DNA of 63,345 nt, filler included, from Asterionella formosa (GCA_002256025.1; 27 parts of 27 records of this genome joined end to end with filler, not necessarily neighbours in it), one strand, 5' to 3'. Positions 35,770 to 46,690 are shown, counted from the first letter of the whole stretch. Translations and numbers: made by a program. The notes: generated by a model not told the origin, from the letters alone.

Positions 35770-37386
35770 CTATACAATCATGATATTGCGCTGGAACTCT
35801 TCTCGATCGTTTGCCTGGGTACTTTCATCAAGAATAAAGGGATCGAAGCCATCGAGAAAACCGACAATGAGGAATCGCGTTCCAGACACTATGTCTATAC
35901 CGCTATGATATAGTTCACCAGGATGGACCAAGCATTGACCTATTCGCAGCTTGATAGTCGTTCGCATGGCTCTCATGTAAGTTCCTCCACCCTGATAGTC
36001 TTCCAAGTCGGAGAGCATCAAGTTGAAGGTGATCGCACAACCATCATAGTGCATTTCTACACCAACATGCTCTGGCTTTCCCTTTACTTTTTGGTACAAA
36101 AGCAAATGAGGCTCCTTGTAGCTTCTTGGTCTGAGTTTCCTGGCCGCTTTTCGATTGCCGAAAACATCACCTACGATGTTAATGATATCAATCATGATTT
36201 GATTTGTGATCATAGAGAGCGATGTGACTTCATTGCACGGCATATCCATCTTCGTATAAGTATAAAGAGTTCTCCACGTCTTGTCATTGGATTCACTTTG
36301 CTCCATTCGCAGCAAATGGTCTTCTGTCAAATAACGAATCAGTTCGCAGGTTTCTTTGGATACCAAATCAATGACAAACACCTTTCTTTCGTCGTCCAAC
36401 ATGGTAACCTTGCAGTTGTTGGAAGTTAAGACACGTGGCCGAGTGTGCACTGGCCGAGATGAAGGTAAATTATTTTGTTGACGACGAATGGCTGCATTTT
36501 TAGTTCTAGGACGAGGTGGCTTTTCCGAAAATGGAGTCGGAGATGGCTCACCAAACTGGGTAGTTTGATTAGATTCGACTTCAACTGTTTTATTTCGAGA
36601 ACTGAATTCCTCGGCAGTCACTCTGAGTTTGGACTTCAAAGCTGTTTGATGTTTCCTGTCGTTGGCGGCGCAGACATCAGAGTCGACGCTAACAGAATTT
36701 AGATCAGAACGTGAGCTCCGTTTGCCGCTCGAAATGACAGCGCCCTTCGTTTCCTTTTCATCCTTTCTATCACTAACATCGACCCGAGAACGAAAAAGGA
36801 GTGGCGTTGTATCATTGTCAACGTGATCTGATGGAATATATCCGATACTACTGGTGGCGGCAATATGGCGGTTGATGGAAAGTGGAATTGTGGATGTGTC
36901 GCTCTGAAGTTTTCTTGCCTGCATCACATTGTTCTCAGTACTGCTAGTACCCATCTGAGAAGGAGCAGACACTGGCTTGGTCTTGTTCATGGAGCAGGAC
37001 GAAGACTTAGCGATATCAGCAACATGTACCTTTTTGGCAAATTGATGAAGGCCAATATCTGATTTGACAACGTTAGTCGGGAATGGAATCTCGTGAACCA
37101 GGCTGGACTTGTAGGAAAGTGCGTGACGCTTCTGAAGCTCGCGATGGATATGTCTATAAGCGTCACGCGATGGACGAGCTTGTTCGTGACGTGTGCGATC
37201 CGAAGGATGAGCAGGTTGCAGCGACTTGAAATTACAGAAACGAAACTGTTTGGTCGAATAGAATGCTCCTGACGGCGGCTGCACTTTCGATGGAGGGCTC
37301 GATAAACACGGCTTCTTCTTCCTTGAAACGAAAGCGTCAGCCGATATAGCTGCCTCGGATGCAGAGGTGGAGAGGCCAGATCCCAT
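35770..37386 (-). CDS. 2OG-Fe(II) dioxygenase (lysyl/prolyl hydroxylase-like C-terminal domain) with long disordered N-terminus
   Basis: HYD...TFNLMLS...YQGGGT...HPGELYHSG...GTRFLIVGF gives the HxD/H facial triad and the 2OG-binding Arg. Likely start MGSGLS at 37386; the ORF is open to 37461. Confidence 0.85.
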   Translation of the reverse strand: MGSGLSTSASEAAISADAFVSRKKKPCLSSPPSKVQPPSGAFYSTKQFRFCNFKSLQPAHPSDRTRHEQARPSRDAYRHIHRELQKRHALSYKSSLVHEIPFPTNVVKSDIGLHQFAKKVHVADIAKSSSCSMNKTKPVSAPSQMGTSSTENNVMQARKLQSDTSTIPLSINRHIAATSSIGYIPSDHVDNDTTPLLFRSRVDVSDRKDEKETKGAVISSGKRSSRSDLNSVSVDSDVCAANDRKHQTALKSKLRVTAEEFSSRNKTVEVESNQTTQFGEPSPTPFSEKPPRPRTKNAAIRRQQNNLPSSRPVHTRPRVLTSNNCKVTMLDDERKVFVIDLVSKETCELIRYLTEDHLLRMEQSESNDKTWRTLYTYTKMDMPCNEVTSLSMITNQIMIDIINIVGDVFGNRKAARKLRPRSYKEPHLLLYQKVKGKPEHVGVEMHYDGCAITFNLMLSDLEDYQGGGTYMRAMRTTIKLRIGQCLVHPGELYHSGIDIVSGTRFLIVGFLDGFDPFILDESTQANDREEFQRNIMIV

Positions 37387-37653
37387 GGAGGCGGCAAAAA
37401 TATAGGACTTGAATGGAAGCAACGCAAAAACAAAATGACAACTGAAAAGAATGCATCCCATAACTGCGCCGACGAGGTTTCGAACAATCCAGAGGAGACT
37501 ACATACGGTAATAAGAACCTGAGATTGATTCCCACATCATAAGTAATAATATANNNNNNNNNNNNNNNNNNNNNNNNNNNNNNNNNNNNNNNNNNNNTTA
37601 ATTAATTAANNNNNNNNNNNNNNNNNNNNNNNNNNNNNNNNNNNNNNNNNNNN

Positions 37654-37930
37654 ATATGTACCAATGGCAAGAAAAACTTTGATAGACATAGCCAAGATGG
37701 TTGGTGCAAAAGATTCAGTGTAATCTACTCCTTTGATTTGGAAACTGCCATTCACACAGAGGCGAACTTTGCGATCATTGTTTTGTTTTGCAGTATTAAG
37801 GACATGTTTGAGGACCAGTACAGCTGGAAGTATTGTTGCATTGACAGGAGGGAGTGATGGTGGTCCAAATACGCCAATACTGTGACAACTATCAAGATGT
37901 GAGAATAGTGCTGCAGTCCACTCCGTCTGT
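37654..37930 (-). pseudogene. Ty1/copia reverse transcriptase N-terminal fragment
   Basis: RKVRLCVNGSFQIKGVDYTESFAP matches the copia KARLVAxGxxQxxGxDYxETFAP motif. No upstream pol on the contig. Confidence 0.75.
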
Positions 37931-39621
37931 AAATAAAAAGTATCATGCATATAGGATCAAGGGTATCGTACGCTAAGTGGCACAGGAATTTCGTATTTAT
38001 GATAATTTTTGGGTCAAAAATATGATCAAGGTATCTTGTATCTATGATGATTTATTGATATGTTACCGACCTTGAAGTATAATGATAATAGGAGCATTAT
38101 CATCACACAATGTAAATAAACTGATCAACAACATTTCTCGTCAATATCATAAACTTTCTCATATTATTTTCACTTCTTGTGATCGCCCGATGTAAATTAT
38201 AACTACAATGCATCCTAAAATCAGCTAATTTATATGCTATCATTTGAATTGTTTCATCGTATATCTATCTTAAACATGATCATATTTCTAATTACAAGGA
38301 TCGTTAAAAACGGATTGGAACGGATCTTAATTTAATTGACAAATTTAGCAATGCTATCTATGATTCTACAGGCCAGCAACCCAACGTTTCTCTCTCTACT
38401 CGGCTCAATGTATAATGATCCTGTCTCGCCCTTTCCTTCCTCTATTCTGAATCTTGCGCCATGCAGTGCTTAATGTCTCGCATTTCTCCCTGCGATTAGT
38501 GACACTCTGAACTCACCGACTATTCCGTTGTTTCCTATGCAGTAACAGTAACAATGAGAAGGAATGATTTGTTAGCTAGTCATGTTACATTGACACAACA
38601 ACACACAATTCCACCGTATCCTCTTGCTTCACTTACCAAAAATCAATGCAACTGATGCATAAGTCTATTACAGTAAATTTTGTCAGTAAGCCAAATTCTT
38701 GAATAAGTAAGTTTCGGGTATCCAATATTGTCGAATAAAACTTACCGGTTCATTTTTGTCAGCTTAACTTTGAGAGAATGTAAACGTTTTGTCAATTTTG
38801 TTCCAACAGAAGTGAATAGGTCCAACGAGCGACAAGAGCACTTACGCAATTTGGTTTTGTTTTACATCGGTGCTCCCCAACAAGCGAAACAAGCTGTTGA
38901 ATCAACTGAGAAAAAAGGAAATGTGGCTGCGTTTAGTTAACAATTTGTTGTTGTGCTGCCTGCCTGCCTCCCAACGATTGTCATCCAAGTACCACATTGA
39001 AGGCTTCATTACCTTAAACATTCTCCATCCTTCGAATGTGCAATGTGTCGAAGCCACAATGTTTTTCGTTATGTATTGCATAAACTTTCTTTGCTTGTCA
39101 TGTGCTTAACTACGACGTATCCTTTCCTGAAGCAGCAGGCATTGTTTGTTAACATGACAGAACGATTTCAAAAATATATATGCCATGAATATAGTAATAA
39201 AATTTGTAAATATATATATATATATATTAAGTGTTATACATTTATAAAATTCAAAGGCGCTCTCGATATGGAACATCTGATATGGTTGAGATGATCATAC
39301 TCGCATATACATAATTCGAAAATTCTCAATGCACTATATGTCCATTGTTTTCCACGACTACGTGTACCGGAATTGTTTCTGAAATTTGTTTGCATCGATA
39401 TTTTCTACGTCCGTTGAAACTATTTATTTAGACCGTTCAAATACCGCAAGGGTTTTGGTAGCAAATTATTTAAGCCCCTTTTTTGGTTGGGAGCTCTTCA
39501 TGTGTACCGGTACATCATATGACAATAACAATATATCATATATATATATATATATATACAGAGTACCAGTAGCAGGTAGTAAGTGATATACTGGGGGTAG
39601 TCAGAGTAGTAAACTAGCAAC

Positions 39622-39902
39622 AGAACGCCATATGTTCAGGACTGTTGCTACTGCAGTGGGACAGTAAATCATCATAGTTTTAGGATCTTATGATTGTAAA
39701 ACTATAAACCAAAAGAACACCATATGTTCATGACTGTTGCAATTACAGTGGGACAGTAAATCATCATAGTTTTATGATCGTATGATCGTAAAACTAAAAA
39801 CCAATAGAACATCATATGTTCAGGACTGTTGCTACTGCAGTGGGACAGTAAATCATCATAGTTTTAGGATCGTATAATCGTAAAACTAAAAACCAATAGA
39901 AC
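39622..39902. repeat. 92-bp tandem repeat, at least 3 units, running off the contig
   Basis: Units start at 39622, 39714, 39806 and 39898 (AGAAC...). High but imperfect identity. Each unit holds three inverted repeats. Confidence 0.95.
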
Positions 39903-40002
39903 NNNNNNNNNNNNNNNNNNNNNNNNNNNNNNNNNNNNNNNNNNNNTTAATTAATTAANNNNNNNNNNNNNNNNNNNNNNNNNNNNNNNNNNNNNNNNNN
40001 NN

Positions 40003-40295
40003 TTGAACAGCTGGTGTAGGAGCTCGAAAGAAGCATGGTCAAAACCACACAAGATAATCAGAGCATCATCATGCTTGCTGTTGAACAAAGTCCAGAATGG
40101 ACTCGATAATGGATGCTGTAGTGCGTGGCAACGGATTTTGCCACTTCTTCTTCTGACCTCATCAACAGTCAAACTTTCCCTGAACAATGGTGTCCTATTT
40201 ACTACTGGTGGATAGCGCATTGCTAACAGTAGCAATGTGATCATAATGTCATCATCATCATCATCATCATCAGGAGATGAGATGAAAGTCGACAT
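40003..40295 (-). mobile_element. N-terminus of a probable PIF/Harbinger-type transposase
   Basis: Acidic N-terminus then RRRSGKIRCHALQHPLSSPFWTLFNSKHDDALIILCGFDHASF, resembling stramenopile DDE_Tnp_4 N-termini. The catalytic core is off the contig. Confidence 0.5.
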
Positions 40296-41097
40296 GGTCA
40301 GTGACCGATGATGATGAATATATAGAACTCATGCATATAATGAACAAGAGGCGGCATAGCATACAAGAGGATGCATCGATATGAAAATTTAACTGTTGAA
40401 AATTAAAGTTAAAAATATATACAATGTCAGAGAAGTAATCTAAAATATCTCTATTATCAGAGCGCAAGGACGATATTATGTAGCAGATCATTATAATACA
40501 CACATGATATAATAATTTTTTATTATCAGAGCGCGCCCACTGTGTGGTCCAAATTAGCATCATATCTTTTATTTGGTACCTGGTACGCACAATGCATAAA
40601 CACGTGTATGTATGTATAAATGCATCATCGTTGGGAATTGTTCTACATACTGAGTATTTATACATGGTACGCATGATCACTGGGACTGGTACCTCCAAAT
40701 GGCGGTCGTTTTGCTTGAACTACCATTTTAATCTGGGATGAAGATAGCTAAATCTTTAGTTTCAGCAAAATTTTACCGCAACTTGCTTGGTTCCTGCAGC
40801 AATAAGCAATATGTTTACGGTGTTGACCCCAATCAAAGTCACAGTATGATTGGCTACGTGAAGCTATGGTGAGACAGACAACCAAGCCAAACATTTCATT
40901 GGCGGTAACGGTACCAGGCACCTGTACGGTACCTGGCACCCTACCAGGGTGGTACCTGGTACCAGGTACCTGTAAACATAACCATGCCTGTAACTATATA
41001 GAGAGAATTATTATCACCTGTAGAAGTATAAATTTTGAGCAATCGTCCTGAATCCTTTTCCGGGAAGCCGCCATGTCACCTGACGGGCAACAATAAA

Positions 41098-42250
41098 ATG
41101 TACCGACGAAAGACTCAGATCACTGTTCATGAGGTTGAAAGTTCAGAGAATGGGAAAGCAGCATCATCAAACGGGACCAAGAAGTGCAGGCTTCTCGTAC
41201 AACTTATTGTGTTTGCCTTTCTTTTCATCGCGATCCTTACCTTCACACAAGCTGCTTTGAAAGGAATCGCGCATGTTGCTCCTCCAGAACAACAAGAAAG
41301 CTCATTACAGAACATACTGGGAAATTCAATGGTCTCCAAAGCTGTCAAAACAGACCACGACCAAGTTACCGTTGAACGCAACTCCATCCCTTCCCAGACA
41401 TCCGAAGAAACTACACCGTCCGCACAAGCGAAGGCAATTGAATATCACGTTGTGTTCTCAACTGCATGCTCTCCTCAACAAGATTGGCAATCATATGTAC
41501 TGTTTTACCATGCCTTCAAGGTCAACCAGCTAGGTAACGTGACTAGAATAGTTTCTGGATGCAATGCCAAGCAGGTAGAGGCACTGACTGCCTTTCATGA
41601 CAAGGTTGTTAGCAAATTGTCGGATCGGTTTCACCTTCACTTCACTCCAGATTATTCGACAGTTCGCCTTGAAAGTGGTATTCACCCATACAAGTACATG
41701 AATAAACCATTTGGTTTGAGGCACTGGTTTGAAAATAAGCTTGGTTTTTCTGAACTCCGGCCTGCTCCCGCCAACTTGGAAGACGACGTGATCATTCTCC
41801 TGGATCCCGACATGATTTTGATCAAGCCCATAACGCACGATTTTTCTAAGTCTGGTGTCATTTGGGTAGACAACCCAAAATTTGAGGACATGATTGTACG
41901 CCATGGGAACCCGATATCTCAAGAAGATGCCTATTTGTCGAATGAATGGCTGCATTTCAACTTCACCTACATCACTGGCGATGCCAAGTCACCCGCCTAC
42001 AATGTCAGAAAAGGTATCGCTAACAAGCACTACAATACAGGTCCACCATATCTTGCAACTGTCAAGGATATGTGGAAAATCGTGACGAAATGGACTGAGA
42101 TGGCTCCTCTTGTATTTGATGTCTATCCGAACCTCTTCGCCGAAATGTACGGTTATTGTTCTGCCACTGCGCACCTCAAGCTGCCCCACACTATGATCAA
42201 GTCCATCGTTGTCTCGGCAACCAAATCTGAGGATCGCGAGGGATGGGAAC
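41098..42250 (+). CDS. Type II membrane glycosyltransferase, peptidyl-serine alpha-galactosyltransferase (GT96) / HPAT (GT95)-like; 3' end off contig
   Basis: N-terminal TM LIVFAFLFIAILTF; motifs HVVFSTAC..QDWQS, VTRIVSGC, YKYMNKPFGLRHW, LLDPDM (DxD), GPPY and AEMYGY. Confidence 0.8.
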
Positions 42251-42350
42251 NNNNNNNNNNNNNNNNNNNNNNNNNNNNNNNNNNNNNNNNNNNNTTAATT
42301 AATTAANNNNNNNNNNNNNNNNNNNNNNNNNNNNNNNNNNNNNNNNNNNN

Positions 42351-42418
42351 AACCCTAACCCTAACCCTAACCCTAACCCTAACCCTAACCCTAACCCTAA
42401 CCCTAACCCTAACCCTAA
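42351..42418 (+). repeat. Telomeric array (CCCTAA)11 at contig 5' end
   Basis: Perfect repeats at 42353-42418 with the C-rich strand 5', the orientation of a true left chromosome end. Confidence 0.93.
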
Positions 42419-42419
42419 G

Positions 42420-43007
42420 GCTGGACTGATTGATTGCAGTGACTCAAGAATCCTTGATGTTCGTTTTGCGAATGGCAAGATATGGGCTGTACTTGGTACA
42501 GGAACAAGAGTAGGTGGCCAGGCACGAGCTGGTGTTGCCTGGTTTATTCTGAACCCATTAGTATCAAGCAAAGGTGTAGGAGCTCCAACAATGTTGAAGC
42601 AGGGCATTCTTGCTGCCACGGGTGAGAGTCTTTCCATCCCAACAATTGGAATAACCGACAAAGGTAAAGGTGTCATTGGGTTTACCAGGGTGGGCGAGCA
42701 ACTCTTCCCTAGTCAAGGGTATGCATCGATTGATGTGTCTGGTGTAGGTCCTGTCATTTCGGCGGCAAATGGAAAATCCCCTTTTGATGGATTTTCTGAA
42801 TATGATAAATTTAATGGGTCGCTCCAACCTCGTTGGGGTGACTATTCTGCAGCGGCGGTAGATGGACAATATGTTTATATTGTCAATGGTTACATTGAGC
42901 AGGGACCCTGCACGGTTTTGCAATTACAAACTGATCAATGTGGCGGAACACGAGGTGTTAAATCAAACTGGAGTTCCAGAATGACAAAGATGCTAATTCA
43001 TCTCTGA
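42420..43007 (+). CDS. 5'-truncated beta-rich protein with RWGDY motif, resembling bacterial secreted hypothetical proteins
   Basis: Frame is open from the telomere junction: AGLIDCSDSRILDVRFANGKIWAVLGTG...AGVAWF...DGFSEY...PRWGDYSAAAVDG...CGGTR...NWSSR. No intron. No ATG before residue 57. Confidence 0.75.
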   Translation, partial: AGLIDCSDSRILDVRFANGKIWAVLGTGTRVGGQARAGVAWFILNPLVSSKGVGAPTMLKQGILAATGESLSIPTIGITDKGKGVIGFTRVGEQLFPSQGYASIDVSGVGPVISAANGKSPFDGFSEYDKFNGSLQPRWGDYSAAAVDGQYVYIVNGYIEQGPCTVLQLQTDQCGGTRGVKSNWSSRMTKMLIHL

Positions 43008-43029
43008 AAATTCGTTGTTTTTTAAATGT

Positions 43030-43055
43030 TAGGGTTAGGGTAAGGCCTAACCCTA
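43030..43055. repeat. Interstitial telomeric inverted repeat TAGGGTTAGG-gtaagg-CCTAACCCTA
   Basis: Perfect 10-bp arms and a 6-nt loop, 22 bp after the upstream stop codon. Confidence 0.85.
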
Positions 43056-43474
43056 CTACCTACTAAATAATAAGTACAAATACTAATTTTAGTTTGATTA
43101 CGGTTAGATTAACTTAGTTAAGTTAATTAATTAATTAGGTTTACTGACTTACTATCTTTATGTAGTTTTACTACAGAAAATTGAATGAACAGAAACGATC
43201 TGCATCAACGTGAACAAGTGAAAAACACCTATGTAGAATCGACCCTTCAATGTTGACTGTAGATATCAACCACTCTTTCTAATACCAAAAATTACATATC
43301 AACACACGAAATCAATACAATATAAAAATTGCATATTACTGAAAACGAGAATATAGTATGATTCAACTGACGCTGGTTGATAAATGACAAGTCGCTTAGG
43401 ATCATCAATTGTGATTGTATTCAGTGCATTCTTGACTCTGGCATAAATGATGACTCCATCGTCTCGAATAGATT

Positions 43475-44235
43475 TCACAACACTATCACCGTCCTGCTCC
43501 GAAAGTCAATGATTAATATAGAGTAGCCAATCTTTAATTGTTTCGCCCTAACAGTCAGTAATCTAGCTTCTGTGTTTCGCTTGGCAATGGCTTGTTCCAT
43601 AGCTTCCATTCCTTTCCGCTCGTTTTCTTTTTTAATTTGATCTTGCTTTAACTTCTTCTTTGGCCGCTCTAGAAAGGCCATTTGTTGTGCCAACAGGAAC
43701 TGGTCAAAGTCTTCAATCAATTTTGCCCTCTGCATTCGACGTGAATTTTCTTCCCGATAGAAATAACGAGGATATCTGAGAAGATCCTTACATATGCCAT
43801 TGCTTGCCCCAAATATCGTCGGTGGGATTATAATCCATGATCCATCGATGGACATCTGGAGGTAAAAATATTATCTCGGCCAGAGTAAAGCCATTTATTA
43901 AAATTAGTTGATCCCAAACCACCCCATTTGGTATCATTGCTGTCTCGAATGAAAGAGCCCCCATTGGAGAACAAAAATATTTTGTTTATCTTTAATCCAT
44001 GCTTTCTCGCCCACTCCATTCTTTGCATCAAAACCCCAGGAAAATTACCAGAAGTTTAATATCCGTTGTTCCCAGTTATCGCAACAAACGTTTCATCAGG
44101 ACCGAATGAAATAAAACGAAAGTTATCACTCGACTTGATATAGTCACCCCAATCTGCGGAACTTTTTCCTTCACTCCACCACCTGTGATGACCCGATCCA
44201 TTTGCAAATTTCCATTTGCCGCTTACATACCATGC
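43475..44235 (-). pseudogene. Disrupted subtelomeric gene of unknown family with coiled-coil C-terminus
   Basis: Consecutive same-strand frames (FISFGPDETFVAI..., IFLFSNGGSFIRD..., SIDGSWIII..., ENSRRMQRAKLIEDFD...) broken by a stop and a frameshift. Confidence 0.45.
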
Positions 44236-45988
44236 CCTAGTCTAAATGGAAAATCATCAATGACCACAAAATTAATCGGGTCACTGATAAAATTCTATAA
44301 AATTAGACCTTTAATTAAATAGATTGTAAATATCCATCATCAATGACCCCAAAATATATCGAAGTCATTAGAAACATTTTCTGAACCTTAGTCTCTTATT
44401 AATAATATGAAAAATCCTAAGCAGTATTTAACATTACGTAATCAATGACCTCACCATTGATTAAAAACAAGATGTATGACCGCAACGCAAATCTGAGTCA
44501 TTTGAAGCACTTTCCTATCCAGGACCCAATAACATAAAAGAACTTTTTATAAGAAAAAAAAGGTCATCCATCACCATGCAACTGACCAATTGCTGANNNN
44601 NNNNNNNNNNNNNNNNNNNNNNNNNNNNNNNNNNNNNNNNTTAATTAATTAANNNNNNNNNNNNNNNNNNNNNNNNNNNNNNNNNNNNNNNNNNNNCAGT
44701 CTACATCGTTCCATGGTTTCATTGTCTCAGCAGCATGGCATTCAAGGTACACAACATGATGATGTGTCCTACTGGGACATGTAAATGAATGAAAATGGCT
44801 TTGTGTTCATTGGAGAAGTTTGCTAAGCAAAACTTTACTGCACTCATATATATATATACAATCTACGCTACGGCATATGCAGTTGCCTTTGTGAAACCAG
44901 TACTCACGTCATACCACTCTAGACTGACTTCTCAGGAAACAAAAATCTACACTAGAATGTATGTCTGTCTCATACCTTGTTAACATTTTTCTATAGAAAC
45001 AGGAGACCAACGTTGTTATGTGCTAGCGCTGTTTCAATCCTACCCATTCCAATAAAAACGAGAAACATCGAGGACCACAAGAGGTGCATACCGATACTTG
45101 GAATCACAAGAAGTCTAGTATGTCAAGAGCCAGGTCCCAGGTACCGGTATTCAACCAGTAACCTGGTACGGAGTAGTATTTATCCCGGTATCTACGTAAC
45201 GGTAGACTCCCTTGAACCAGGTACTAGTACAACCGATTGTATCTAATGGCACTGTACGTATGTAGACTGAAGTCTTGGAGGTTTCAAACCAGGTATGGTT
45301 GGTACCTGGTACCACACCGAAGTCTAAAAACAGGAAATCCCGGTGCAGCAAGGTATATATATATTGCGGTAAATATGCACCATTCCACGAACACCGATCA
45401 CTTCAGTTTTTGACACCATCAATTCAGCCTTATGTCAGTCACCCCGTGGCTGAACCAACTGGCACAGCATCATGTCACCAGAAATAGGCTATGTATGTGG
45501 TAATAGTAACGTATCGTGGTGCCAGTGTACCTGGTTACCGGGACCTTCGTCGTCTGTACACCGTGGTTTTTTGTGTGTAGCAGGGGTGCTGTACAGCATA
45601 TCCTTAAAGTACGTACGTAGATTCGTTGTTGAACAAAATGACGAGCACACGCACGTCCTGCACTGGCAGTTTATACGCACAGGGAATACAGTACATGCGA
45701 CTTTTGGTCTAGATTCCTGCTGAAGTCATTGTTCCTTCGCTGGAATTGCAACGCAATGCAGGATACTGATTGGATCGTATTCGAGAAGGCGTCATTGGTA
45801 CAAGACCAACATGAAAATCAGAAACGTATTGTTTTGGGGTAGATTTCGACGACGAGACGATGCAGTGTCCGTTTCTTAGCATTGAATAAGACATTGGATG
45901 CAGAAAGAGCAACGAATTTTAATGACACCATGTCTCCCATAATTTCACCAGGGACTCCGTAATTTACATTACAACCCAAGCATTCATC

Positions 45989-46690
45989 ATGGCACCAAAT
46001 AAGAAATCCCTCGCTCAACTGGTTGAGACACTCTCAAGCCATGATCTTACTAGTATCATCAAGTCGGAGTACCTTCCATTGACCCATGCCAAGGCGCAAG
46101 ACACTTTGTCGGCTGTTGTGCAGACGGAGAAACCTACTTTAGCCACGCAAGAATCAGATGACTACTGGAACTGGACCGCGCCAGTAGAGATGGACGTTCC
46201 TTTATCATTGGAAGAAGCAACTCGACTGACAGCAGAAGAAACGATTGCCTATTGGGACGAACCGATGACGCAGTCCACGTCGGACTGTTACTGGGACTGT
46301 TCCGTTTCACCACATGCTCACGTGTTGACTGCATCTCATGTGGAATCCAACCTTTTGTCCTTTGTTGCCCCGGTGGATGTGGTTCGTATGGTACACGCTT
46401 CTGATTCCGGTGTTTACTGGGATGTGACATCTGCTAAAGACAAGGAATCTAAATTGGTGCATTCCGTTGTGGAATCGACGGACTACTGGTACACTCCCAA
46501 TACAACCACACAAGTCCAGGCCGCCATTTTAACTCGCATCCTTCAGGATGAGAACATTCGGCATTTGTTAAGTGCTGAGCATTTGGAGGAGCAATTGCAA
46601 CAATGTGCCTCGGATGCTTATTGGCAATGGGATGCCCCTAACTCTCTCACTGCAGTTTCCATGGGGCCCGTTGACTATTGGGATATGTAA
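45989..46690 (+). CDS. Orphan acidic protein with seven YW motifs
   Basis: Complete 233-aa ORF with a good start context (ATCATG). Motifs DYWNW, AYWDE, CYWDC, VYWDV, DYWYT, AYWQW and DYWDM; two L(T/S)AxH(V/L)ExxL repeats. Confidence 0.8.
   Translation: MAPNKKSLAQLVETLSSHDLTSIIKSEYLPLTHAKAQDTLSAVVQTEKPTLATQESDDYWNWTAPVEMDVPLSLEEATRLTAEETIAYWDEPMTQSTSDCYWDCSVSPHAHVLTASHVESNLLSFVAPVDVVRMVHASDSGVYWDVTSAKDKESKLVHSVVESTDYWYTPNTTTQVQAAILTRILQDENIRHLLSAEHLEEQLQQCASDAYWQWDAPNSLTAVSMGPVDYWDM

Noticed and set aside
39622..39902. CRISPR array
   Set aside because: Whole units repeat with no unique spacers, there are no cas genes and the context is eukaryotic. The same applies to the 188-bp arrays.
42299..42676. 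Minus-strand ORF ending in (LG)n
   Set aside because: It is a translation of telomere repeats antisense to the real ORF.
43123..43134. Native TTAATTAATTAA identical to the linker core
   Set aside because: There are no flanking Ns and it sits within a longer AT palindrome tract; most likely coincidence.
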